A stretch of 64,000 nucleotides of DNA, from the NCBI GenBank assembly GCA_965261395.1, contig OZ253462.1, positions 2,304,001 to 2,368,000 of the forward strand, given 5' to 3'. Below the pieces are notes generated by a model. The model worked only from the letters and a program-made list of their open reading frames with translations. It was not told where the DNA came from and did no database searches. Within the stretch, counting starts at the first letter, position 1, and the number at the start of each line of letters is the position of its first letter. A program made the translations under genes and the position numbers. Source of the DNA: Candidatus Latescibacterota bacterium (GTDB lineage: Bacteria > Latescibacterota > UBA2968 > UBA8231). Of this stretch, positions 48,703 to 57,128 are shown one piece after another.

Positions 48703-50046
48703 TCACTCTGGATAGATGCCCAAAAATTCGCGGGCCGGGTGGTGCGGCTCCGAGGGCGAGCGGGCATCGGGATCGTTGATTACCGCGGTAGCGGGCGGCA
48801 CTATGGGGCGTCCTTGGGCCAGGGGATCGTCGGTGTTTTGCATCCATTGGTCGAGGCGCTGGCGTAGCTCCGCTAGGCGATCTTGGCAATTGGGATCTGC
48901 AGCCAAGTTGTGAGTTTCGTGCGGATCGAAGACCAAGTCGTAGAGTCTTTCGCTCTCCAGCGCGCGTTGCCGCCAGCCTTGGTCGATGAAATAGTCTTTG
49001 GTCAGGCTGTCGTCGCAATTGGGCAAGACTGGGTATTGGCGCTGGTCAAAGCGGCGGATGTACTTGAAGCGCGACGTGCGGATGCAGCGCTGGGGTTCGT
49101 AGTAGGTGTGGTAGTTCACTTCGGCGAAAATTTCGCTGCGGATTTCCCTGGCTTGGCCACTTACCAGCGGTAGCAACGAGGTGCCCTGTACGTGATCGGG
49201 CAATGTGATTCCGGCTAGGGCGCAGACCGTTGGATAGATATCGACTTGGCTGACTAAGGAATCGAGTACTTGGCCGCCGCTAAAGCCGCCCGGGCCGCGC
49301 AGCACCAGCATGACGCCAAGCCCGTGGTCGGTGAGATTGCACTTCATGGTGGGGAAGGCAATGCCGTGATCGGTGGTGCAAATGACGAGGGTGTTGTCGG
49401 CTAAACCGTTGTCCCGCAGGGCGGCAAAGACGCGGCCCATTTTGGCGTCGAGGGTGCGGGCGGCGTCGATGTATGCAGCCATGTCGCGGCGTGTCTCGGG
49501 CGTATCGGGGAAGGGCGCGGGGGGCCGCACGTAGCGCGGATCGGTGGGATCCTCGCCGTGGGGCTGGGGCGCAAAACCGCGTCCTTGGCGGTGGGTTTCG
49601 CTAAAGCCCACGTCCAAGTAGAAGGGCGCGCGATGATCTTCGGCCAAAAAGGCGGCTGCCCGCTCTTCGGTTTTGGTATCTGGGGTATCTGGGGGCAACA
49701 GGCGAGTGAAGCCACCATCGTTGACGTCCGCTACCACGTGCTGGAAGCCGGCCATGGCCGTGGTGTAGCCGGCCTTTTGCAGGGTATGGGTCAGTAGCCG
49801 TTTGGGCTGGGGCAAGGTCCAGCCTCGGTTGACCAAGCCGGTCATGCCGCAGGAATGGGCCCACTGGCCGGTGAGCAGGCTGGCGCGGCTGGGCGAGCAG
49901 GTGGGGTTGGCGCAAAAAGCTTGGCGAAAGAGGACGCCTTCCTCGGCTAGCTGCTGGATATGAGGCGTGGGTATGGCGTGGCCGTAGGGTTGGACGTAGC
50001 GGCCGGTGTCGTGCGAGTGGATATAGACGATATTGGGGGCTGGCAT
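48703..50046 (-). CDS. Sulfatase (S1 family, sulfamidase-like)
   Basis: PNIV, CSPSRASLLTG, TTDHG, LYDL..DPHE..NL. Confidence 0.92.
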   Translation of the reverse strand: MPAPNIVYIHSHDTGRYVQPYGHAIPTPHIQQLAEEGVLFRQAFCANPTCSPSRASLLTGQWAHSCGMTGLVNRGWTLPQPKRLLTHTLQKAGYTTAMAGFQHVVADVNDGGFTRLLPPDTPDTKTEERAAAFLAEDHRAPFYLDVGFSETHRQGRGFAPQPHGEDPTDPRYVRPPAPFPDTPETRRDMAAYIDAARTLDAKMGRVFAALRDNGLADNTLVICTTDHGIAFPTMKCNLTDHGLGVMLVLRGPGGFSGGQVLDSLVSQVDIYPTVCALAGITLPDHVQGTSLLPLVSGQAREIRSEIFAEVNYHTYYEPQRCIRTSRFKYIRRFDQRQYPVLPNCDDSLTKDYFIDQGWRQRALESERLYDLVFDPHETHNLAADPNCQDRLAELRQRLDQWMQNTDDPLAQGRPIVPPATAVINDPDARSPSEPHHPAREFLGIYPE

Positions 50047-50316
50047 GGGAACCTACGGTTGTCGATGGTGCGGAGCGAAGGATAGCGCGAAAATGGACTC
50101 GGTTGGACTTATGGGTACCCGTCTGTGGGTATCAACTCACTCTCCTGAAAAAAATAGATACCGTCATCAACCGCAATGCGGCTTGTGTACAGGAGCCAAA
50201 TTTCGTATTTCGCTTCCGAGTGCCCGACAGGGTGCTCTAAGTGAATCGGAGATGGAATTTTTCGAGACTCTATCAATGCTCCTCGGGCATTGATCACTAA
50301 TTAAAGGAGGTCCACT

Positions 50317-51045
50317 GTGACTGATAACAGGGAAGTTATGCTGCAGAATTACACCAGGCGCGAATTTCGCCAAGGCCTTGAAGCAGGGAAATTCCAGGCC
50401 GCTATCATCCCCACCGGCAGCATCGAGCAGCACCTCGAACACCTGCCCTTTGAGCACGATATTGCCTCGTCAACTTGGGTGGCGCGACAAGCGGCCCTGC
50501 GCCTGTACCCAAAGGTGATCGTGGCCGTGCCCATGGCCGTCGGCATTTCCGAGCACCACATGAAGCACAAGGGCAGCCTCACGGCCAAGCCGGGCTCGTG
50601 GCTGGCCGTGCTCTTCGACGCGGTGGAATGTTTTGCCCGCCACGGCATTGAGAATATCCTGATCCTCAACGGTCATGGCGGCAATGTGCAACCCGTGAAT
50701 AGCATAATCCGTCAGTGGCGTCTCTTTTTTGAGTCCACTGCTCCGGGGGTGAATCTGCACTTCCACCCCTATTGGAACCTAATCCCTAGGGCGCTCATCG
50801 ACGAGCACATGGTCACCAAGAGCGCTCCGGGACACGCCCAGGAATTCGAGACCTCGCTGGCCATGCACATGTTCCCAGAGAAGATCCGGCGGGACGCCAT
50901 GCAGGACCAGGAGGACAGGACGCCCCTGGAGGCCGATGCGGAAAAAGGCAGGATTTTGTCCGAAGAAGCGGTCAATCGGGTAGTGGAATACCTCGAGGCA
51001 ATGATGGAAGGGAAAACCCTGCTGGACGTGGGGGAGCGGTACTAG
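50317..51045 (+). CDS. Creatininase family amidohydrolase
   Basis: PTGSIEQHLEHLP, NGHGGN, GHAQEFETS. Confidence 0.9.
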   Translation: MTDNREVMLQNYTRREFRQGLEAGKFQAAIIPTGSIEQHLEHLPFEHDIASSTWVARQAALRLYPKVIVAVPMAVGISEHHMKHKGSLTAKPGSWLAVLFDAVECFARHGIENILILNGHGGNVQPVNSIIRQWRLFFESTAPGVNLHFHPYWNLIPRALIDEHMVTKSAPGHAQEFETSLAMHMFPEKIRRDAMQDQEDRTPLEADAEKGRILSEEAVNRVVEYLEAMMEGKTLLDVGERY

Positions 51046-51064
51046 AAGCCCACAGAACCACAGT

Positions 51065-51658
51065 TCAAATGTGGGGCCCTCGCTCCCGGATGACGCGGAT
51101 CGCCAGATCGGGATCAACCTGTACAATCATCTCCGGTTCAATGGCTAAGTTGCTGATCTCAAATCCGCCCAAAGCACTGCGGCCGTGCCAGCCGGAGCGG
51201 CCGTCGGCTTGGCCCTCCTTGGCGCGACGCGACAGGGGGCCGCCGAATACATCGTGCCAGACTTCCGTGTATCCGTCCACCACCCGGGGAGCGTTGGTAA
51301 AGGACTCTTCGCGGTGGGCCGAATGCACCATGCCGATGCACTTGACGCAATACCAGACGTCGTTCAGCGTGCCAAAGGGGTGCAGACCCCAGTGCAGCAC
51401 GTAGATGTGCTTGTGCCCCACGTCCCTGCCGGCCCTGTATCCTTTCTCTACCGAGGACTCGTCGTTGGTGACCGGCCCCTCGCCAGCTCCCGACCCCGAG
51501 AAAAAGAGCAAGCCGGAAGGAGTGAAGATGAGTCTGGGAATGCGGTTGGTCTCGGGGGCGATGGCGTCTTCTCTGCGGCCCAAGTCGATGCCGAGTTCTT
51601 CGAGGCGTTCGTACACATCGTAGTCGCGTTGCCAGCGTCCGGGCAGTTCAAGTTGCAT
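51065..51658 (-). CDS. RidA / YjgF-like protein (divergent)
   Basis: RLEELGI, LFFSG, PRVVDG, HGRSALG. Confidence 0.6.
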   Translation of the reverse strand: MQLELPGRWQRDYDVYERLEELGIDLGRREDAIAPETNRIPRLIFTPSGLLFFSGSGAGEGPVTNDESSVEKGYRAGRDVGHKHIYVLHWGLHPFGTLNDVWYCVKCIGMVHSAHREESFTNAPRVVDGYTEVWHDVFGGPLSRRAKEGQADGRSGWHGRSALGGFEISNLAIEPEMIVQVDPDLAIRVIRERGPHI

Positions 51659-51687
51659 GAGAACCTCCTTTTGGTTTTCACATGGTA

Positions 51688-53112
51688 TTAATTTCTGGAA
51701 AGGCTGTCCAGCAGTGTTTCCGGCAGGGCTTTTGCCAATCGGTCTGGAAAGACTGTGACGCGGTCCCCATACCGCTGGCGCAGATCGGCGATCCACGCGT
51801 CAAAGCGCTCTTTTTCCAGCGCCTTCCTCAGGGCGACCTCCGCCCTCCTGCGGGCTAGCTCAAAGGGTTCCCGCCGAAACATCTTTCCGTTTTCCTCGTA
51901 GAACCTTCGGACATCCGCCTCGTCAATGGCGATCTGGTCGATCACTTCCCGCTGTCTTATACCCCAGACCAGCAACTCCCGTCTGGTTTTCTCGACCCAC
52001 TTTATCACCTCGGGATCTTCCGGGAGGCCGAGGCGCTCGGCGGCTGCCACAAAGAGAGCGGGCTGCTGCAAAAAGCGGCGTCCGAGCAAACCGATAAAGA
52101 CGCTGTCCAGCAAGGCCCGAGGCGCTCTGATCCTGTGCTGGCGCAATACCGCCATGTAGTCCGCCAGAGAAATGGCCCCACCCTCGTAAGTGAAGAGTGG
52201 CACGCGCTCTTCTTCATCGGTCAGCTGCAACTTTCCGCTCTCTCCCAAGGCCGAGCCTTTATCCCTCAGCAGAGTCGCCCCTGCAGAGACCAGTTGCCAG
52301 TTGAATTCGCGCGCCAGAACGCCTGCTTGCTCCTCTTCGAGGGCCCGTTGCTTCTCTTCCTGCAACTGCGTCTTTATGTCCTCTCGGTGAGTCTGCAGAT
52401 CCGTGGACCGGTCTTCTAAAAAGCGGATTAGGTGATAGTTGTGGCCCCGGCGAAGAGGGGGCGATATTCGGCCGGTGCTAAGCGTGTCGAATACTTCCGC
52501 GGGGATCCCCAAGAGCCGTTCGGCAGCAGCGCGGGTGACAAACCCCAACTCGCCTTCCCGCAGGGCCGACCAAGTGTCGAGCGAATGCTTTCTGGCCAAC
52601 TCGCCGAAATCGCTCCCGGCTTCGAACTGGGCGCGGATTCGCTGCGCTTGCTCCTGAGTCCGCACTAAAATGGCGGTGACCCGGCGTTCCCGCGCCATAT
52701 CCTGCCGGTTGAAGAACTGGCGGATCTCCTCCTCGGACACTTGTATCCGGGGCAGGATCTCCTGGTCGCGATAGAGGGAGAGGAGGTGTTCTCTTCTTTT
52801 CTGGTCGAGTGTTTTGAGCAAATCGGGGTCCTGATCCAAGCCTTTTTCATAGGCCTCGAGAAGCGCGATTTCCCGGTCGACCAAAGTCTGTAGATAATCC
52901 TCCCGGGCCCGCTGTCCTTCTTCATCGCTGACCAAGCTCGGCACGAGACGGCGCACGAAGTGGCGAAGTTCCTCGACGGTGATTTCCCTAGTCCCAACTA
53001 TGGCCACAGCCGTTTTCCCGTGGTTTTGGGCGCAGGCCGTCAGCAGAACCACTATCAGTACGAGTCGCGTCCGGGGCGAGATCCAGCGCTCCGGCGCAAC
53101 AGCCAGTCCCAT
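51688..53112 (-). CDS. Parvulin-type PPIase / foldase lipoprotein (PrsA/SurA-like)
   Basis: Lipobox LTAC; DFGELARKHSLD...GELG; GHNYHLI; SurA-like helical regions. Confidence 0.78.
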   Translation of the reverse strand: MGLAVAPERWISPRTRLVLIVVLLTACAQNHGKTAVAIVGTREITVEELRHFVRRLVPSLVSDEEGQRAREDYLQTLVDREIALLEAYEKGLDQDPDLLKTLDQKRREHLLSLYRDQEILPRIQVSEEEIRQFFNRQDMARERRVTAILVRTQEQAQRIRAQFEAGSDFGELARKHSLDTWSALREGELGFVTRAAAERLLGIPAEVFDTLSTGRISPPLRRGHNYHLIRFLEDRSTDLQTHREDIKTQLQEEKQRALEEEQAGVLAREFNWQLVSAGATLLRDKGSALGESGKLQLTDEEERVPLFTYEGGAISLADYMAVLRQHRIRAPRALLDSVFIGLLGRRFLQQPALFVAAAERLGLPEDPEVIKWVEKTRRELLVWGIRQREVIDQIAIDEADVRRFYEENGKMFRREPFELARRRAEVALRKALEKERFDAWIADLRQRYGDRVTVFPDRLAKALPETLLDSLSRN

Positions 53113-53469
53113 TTTCACTTCCTCGATTCAAAGTGGGTAGACAGGTGTCGAAAGAAAAGTAGGATGGGCCAATAGGTGTATCAAGATATAAGATATTTCT
53201 AGCCGAGGGTAAGAATTTGGTTGAACCCTAGGCTGAAAGTAAATATATTGGGGAGAAATTCCGCAGCTATTAGGCGTACGGCCTTTGTAACGATCATCGT
53301 AAGTATGACCTAAGTACCAGAAAATAATCAATATATATTTCTCTAGGTCGATTTCCTAAGTCCCTTCCCTTGGGGCTATTCAGGGCCCTTTAGGGAAAGT
53401 CATCTGGTCTATTTGCACTGGTGTAGCGGATGGACCATTTACCCACTTCCTCAAAGGAGTCGAAACGAG

Positions 53470-54381
53470 ATGAGATTATTTTCTTCTATCCTAGTGCTGA
53501 GCCTGGCGGTCCTGTTAGGGGCAGCGCCAGCCACGGCCGATGCGCCGGATTACTTCGCCATCCACATTCCAGCCGGAGTTGCCCAACAAATGGAGATTGA
53601 TGGGGAACTCGGCGACTGGAGTTGGTTCCCTAGTTACGCCATCATTCCCCGGGACGCGCTGCTCAGCCGCGCCGGCCCGGACGGGCTCGACTTGAATGAT
53701 TTCGACGTCACCATCTGCGTGGCGTGGACTGGCGTCGACGAGGGCAATCAACTCTGGTTCGCGATCAACACGTTCGACGACTTCTACGATCGCGACTTGC
53801 TGCGCGGCAGCCGCACGGTCGGCGACGACGGCTGGACCTTTGCTTCGGATCCCGATCACAGTGGCGGCGGAATCGATCCGGACGGGGTGTACAGCAACGG
53901 CCAGGAGTGGACGTTTCAGGCGGCCGGAGATGCGGATGTGTTTGTCCTGCAGGGCTTCAGCGACAGCTACTCTCAGTTCTGGGCCAACCAGCCGCCCCAC
54001 CTCGTCTTCGCCACTGGCCCGGCCAGCGACAAGCCGTGGAGCCACGGCGATGAAAATGTGACCATTAACTACGAATGGCGCATGACCTTGTTCTCTTTCT
54101 TCGACGCGGCCGTCTCGACCGGTGAAGGCGGAGCCGAGACCAGCACGGTCATGGATCTGACTGAGAACGCGAAGACCCACCTCATATTCCAGGGAGACGA
54201 CTGGGACGGCGGCGACAGTTGGGACGGCGCTTGGGCCACATCGAACGAGAGCGGAGCGACCGGCAACGGGGATTCCATGAATAGCTTCACCCTCATCGTC
54301 GACCCCGATGTCGAGGCCGCTGCCCCCACCGCGGTCGAGTCGACTACCTGGGCTCGCATAAAGTCCAGTCTCGCAGACTAA
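53470..54381 (+). CDS. Secreted acidic protein (CBM9-like start) with C-terminal PTAVESTTWARIK motif
   Basis: AAGGAG RBS; signal peptide; IDGELGDW; short conserved-looking tail. Confidence 0.7.
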   Translation: MRLFSSILVLSLAVLLGAAPATADAPDYFAIHIPAGVAQQMEIDGELGDWSWFPSYAIIPRDALLSRAGPDGLDLNDFDVTICVAWTGVDEGNQLWFAINTFDDFYDRDLLRGSRTVGDDGWTFASDPDHSGGGIDPDGVYSNGQEWTFQAAGDADVFVLQGFSDSYSQFWANQPPHLVFATGPASDKPWSHGDENVTINYEWRMTLFSFFDAAVSTGEGGAETSTVMDLTENAKTHLIFQGDDWDGGDSWDGAWATSNESGATGNGDSMNSFTLIVDPDVEAAAPTAVESTTWARIKSSLAD

Positions 54382-54499
54382 CGGCTCATCTGTACCTATC
54401 CCGGGATTCCACCCAGCGTGGGGAGTGTCTCGGGGCTCGAGTACCAGCGGTTCGGCCGGGACACCGGCTGGACCGCTGTATTGTATGAAAGAGTGATCT

Positions 54500-54916
54500 A
54501 TGCTGAGGTGCGCGCATTTGCTCCTGCTCGGCACGGGCATCTTTCTGTCGAGTGGCTGCGAAAAAGAGATTGATCTGTCGACTCTACCAAAGGACACCGG
54601 GGAAGGTGAGCCCAGCCGCTTCATCAAGTTCGTCAATTCCTTCCGCGGCGAGGTAGAGGTGAGTATCGCCGCCTGCTTCCAGAGATTCCGCCTCTTGTCC
54701 GACCAAATCCAATCGATCGAGTGCCTGATCGAGGAGGATGTCAATGCCTTCGACGTCGTCGTCGTGTGGCTGGATCCACCCGTTGGACAAGGGTATGCCC
54801 CGCCTCCGCCCAAGACCGTCACCGTGTCGTACGGGCAGGTCGTCGAAATCAGGAACGTCCCGGGAGGGACGGGTAGTGGCTTCATTATCCTAATCGACGG
54901 TCGTCGCCAGAACTGA
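54500..54916 (+). CDS. Small lipoprotein, paralog A
   Basis: Lipobox SSGC; FVNSF..EVEVSIAAC shared with the next ORF. Confidence 0.65.
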   Translation: MLRCAHLLLLGTGIFLSSGCEKEIDLSTLPKDTGEGEPSRFIKFVNSFRGEVEVSIAACFQRFRLLSDQIQSIECLIEEDVNAFDVVVVWLDPPVGQGYAPPPPKTVTVSYGQVVEIRNVPGGTGSGFIILIDGRRQN

Positions 54917-54927
54917 ACAGAGCCGGC

Positions 54928-55329
54928 ATGGGAATACTGCGCGTATTTCTCATCCTAGCACCAGCGGCCATGCTGGGCGGCTGTGAAGAGGAGATTCCGC
55001 TCTCTACCGAGACGACCCGCGCCGGAGAAGGAGCGGTCGAACTCCGGGTCGTCAATTCGTTTATCGACGAAATGGAGATCGCTATCGCCGCCTGCCAGCA
55101 GCGCGCCCGGATCGAGGCCAAGAGCACGGCGGTGATCGAATGCCTGCTCCGAGATACCTCGACGCCATTTGAAGTGGAGATAGCTTGGCCCGGTACCCCC
55201 CTGAACGCGCAAGGTGAGTCATCCTTTCCCCCGCAGACAGCCCTTGTGGTCCCCGGCCAGATCATCCGCATTGGCATCGCACCTGAAGGGGTCGAGGGTG
55301 GATTCACAATCAAGGTTGCCGCACAGTGA
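54928..55329 (+). CDS. Small lipoprotein, paralog B
   Basis: Lipobox LGGC; VVNSF..EMEIAIAAC...IECL. Confidence 0.65.
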   Translation: MGILRVFLILAPAAMLGGCEEEIPLSTETTRAGEGAVELRVVNSFIDEMEIAIAACQQRARIEAKSTAVIECLLRDTSTPFEVEIAWPGTPLNAQGESSFPPQTALVVPGQIIRIGIAPEGVEGGFTIKVAAQ

Positions 55330-57116
55330 GTCGCGCCCGGTACATGGCTATGCCGTCTAAATCCCTCTTGCTGATTGCCCTCTTGGTCGGAGAATCCGCG
55401 GGCGCCCGGGAAGTACTGGTTTTTGGCGGCAGTGAGCGTCCGTGGCAAGCGTGGGGTACTCTGCGCGCCATCGACTTGACGAGTCGTCCGGGTTGGCTAC
55501 AGCCCGAGCGCATATCGCCCGACGAAAATCTCAGCTTGAGAGCTCTAGCCGAAGGTGGCAATATCGATAGCCCGCAGCCTTCGGTCCAAGGTCTGGCCGA
55601 TCCCCAGACCGGCTTGGGGGCGCTGATCGACGGAGAAATCGCCACGATTTTTCCCATTGAGCACTCTAGACAGATAGGGGGGCGCATCATTCTGGATCTG
55701 GGCCGGGTTTTCAGTGGTGTCTATCAAATTTCGTTCTATCCTCGCATTGAGCAGGGAGACCGATTTCTGCGGGGATACGAACTGTACGTCAGCGACGAAA
55801 GCGACCCGTTGCGGGGCGATCCAGTCTGGGATTTGGCGGCCCGAACGACCCGCAACGAACGCGAAGTGGTCACAGTCGACATCGCGCCCCGCTATGTCCG
55901 GTGGGCCATGCTGATATTCACAAGTCCCCTGCCTTGGGAAATCGCCGAGTTAGAAGTCTATGGCCAGGGCTTTGCACCGCGGGCGGTGTACACGTCCAAC
56001 GTCATCGATTTAGGCGGCCTAGCCACCCTGGGAACGCTGACTTGGGCAGCCCAGACCAATACGGGGGGCGCTGTTCAAGTCAGCACCCGCAGTGGCTCCA
56101 CAGCCGATCCCTATCTCTACTACCGGCGTCGGGGGGCTACGCTCGAAGAAGTGGGGAAAGACCAGTACGACAACCTGAGGGAAAACCAACGGGTAAAACG
56201 GCCCGATCTGGCAAACTGGAGCCCCTGGTCGCCACTGCACACAACGAGTGGTTCGCGCATCCGCTCGCCAGCACCTCGGCGCTATTTCCAGTTTGCCGTC
56301 GAATTGGTCAGCGATCGCTTTGCAGCGGCAGCTCAGGTGGATTCGCTCGCCTTTGAAATTTCCTCTCCGCCACCAGCCCACGAAGTAGTGGCCGAAATCG
56401 AGCCGCAATTCGTCGTCGCCGGGGAGACAACGCCCTTTACCTACCATGTGCGACCGCGCATCCTAGATGACGATGCGGGCTTTGATGCCGTGGAATTGTC
56501 CACTCCGACCTTGGCTCGTTTGAGGGAGCTGACTATAGGCGGTACACCAATAGAAGACTTTACCTGGGAAGCGACGGATTCCCTACTGACGGTGCGCTTT
56601 CCGAATCATCCCGTCGTAAAAGACGGGGTACTGGTAGAATTGAAATTCGATGCAAAGGTGATCGAATTCGGTACCCTTTTTTCTTCCCGAGTGTTCGCCA
56701 GCCAGTCCACTGAACTAGCCCAAGATGTCCTGCCCGGCGATGCCAGCATCGAACTCAATACCAATCACTTTTCGGTCGAGTTGGAATTGGACAATACCAT
56801 TCTGGGCGACTTGGCCATTGTGCCCAACCCCTTTACACCCAACGGCGACTCGCTCAACGACCGGATGCGCATTCAGTACAGCATATTCAAACTCGTCCAA
56901 CCCGTATCCGTCGAGGCGGCTATATACGACCTTGCGGGGAGGCGAGTTCGGGCGCTTTTCAATGGCTTGCAAAGCAGCGGTTTTCACGCGGTGGAGTGGG
57001 ACGGTAGAGAGGGCCAGGGCTCCTTAGCCGCACCAGGGTTGTACATATGTCGCATAAGCGTAGATTCGGCCACGGGGGCCAACGAAAGGGCCGTACCTGT
57101 GGCTCTGGTCTACTGA
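55326..57116 (+). CDS. Secreted discoidin-like protein with C-terminal FlgD-Ig domain, paralog 1
   Basis: Signal peptide; LDLGR, IAELEVYG, TRSG, WSPW, RYFQ; PNPFTPNGD...IYDLAGR...WDG...PGLY. Confidence 0.75.
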   Translation: MSRARYMAMPSKSLLLIALLVGESAGAREVLVFGGSERPWQAWGTLRAIDLTSRPGWLQPERISPDENLSLRALAEGGNIDSPQPSVQGLADPQTGLGALIDGEIATIFPIEHSRQIGGRIILDLGRVFSGVYQISFYPRIEQGDRFLRGYELYVSDESDPLRGDPVWDLAARTTRNEREVVTVDIAPRYVRWAMLIFTSPLPWEIAELEVYGQGFAPRAVYTSNVIDLGGLATLGTLTWAAQTNTGGAVQVSTRSGSTADPYLYYRRRGATLEEVGKDQYDNLRENQRVKRPDLANWSPWSPLHTTSGSRIRSPAPRRYFQFAVELVSDRFAAAAQVDSLAFEISSPPPAHEVVAEIEPQFVVAGETTPFTYHVRPRILDDDAGFDAVELSTPTLARLRELTIGGTPIEDFTWEATDSLLTVRFPNHPVVKDGVLVELKFDAKVIEFGTLFSSRVFASQSTELAQDVLPGDASIELNTNHFSVELELDNTILGDLAIVPNPFTPNGDSLNDRMRIQYSIFKLVQPVSVEAAIYDLAGRRVRALFNGLQSSGFHAVEWDGREGQGSLAAPGLYICRISVDSATGANERAVPVALVY

Positions 57117-57128
57117 GAGGACGAGAAC

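Noticed and set aside
50185-50197. 13-bp match TGTGTACAGGAGC shared with the reverse complement near 12334-12346
   Set aside because: Matches of this length are expected by chance in 64 kb
53515-54885. 456-aa minus-strand ORF and the many other overlapping shadow ORFs
   Set aside because: Antisense or alternative-frame products of GC-rich genes, with no motifs or RBS
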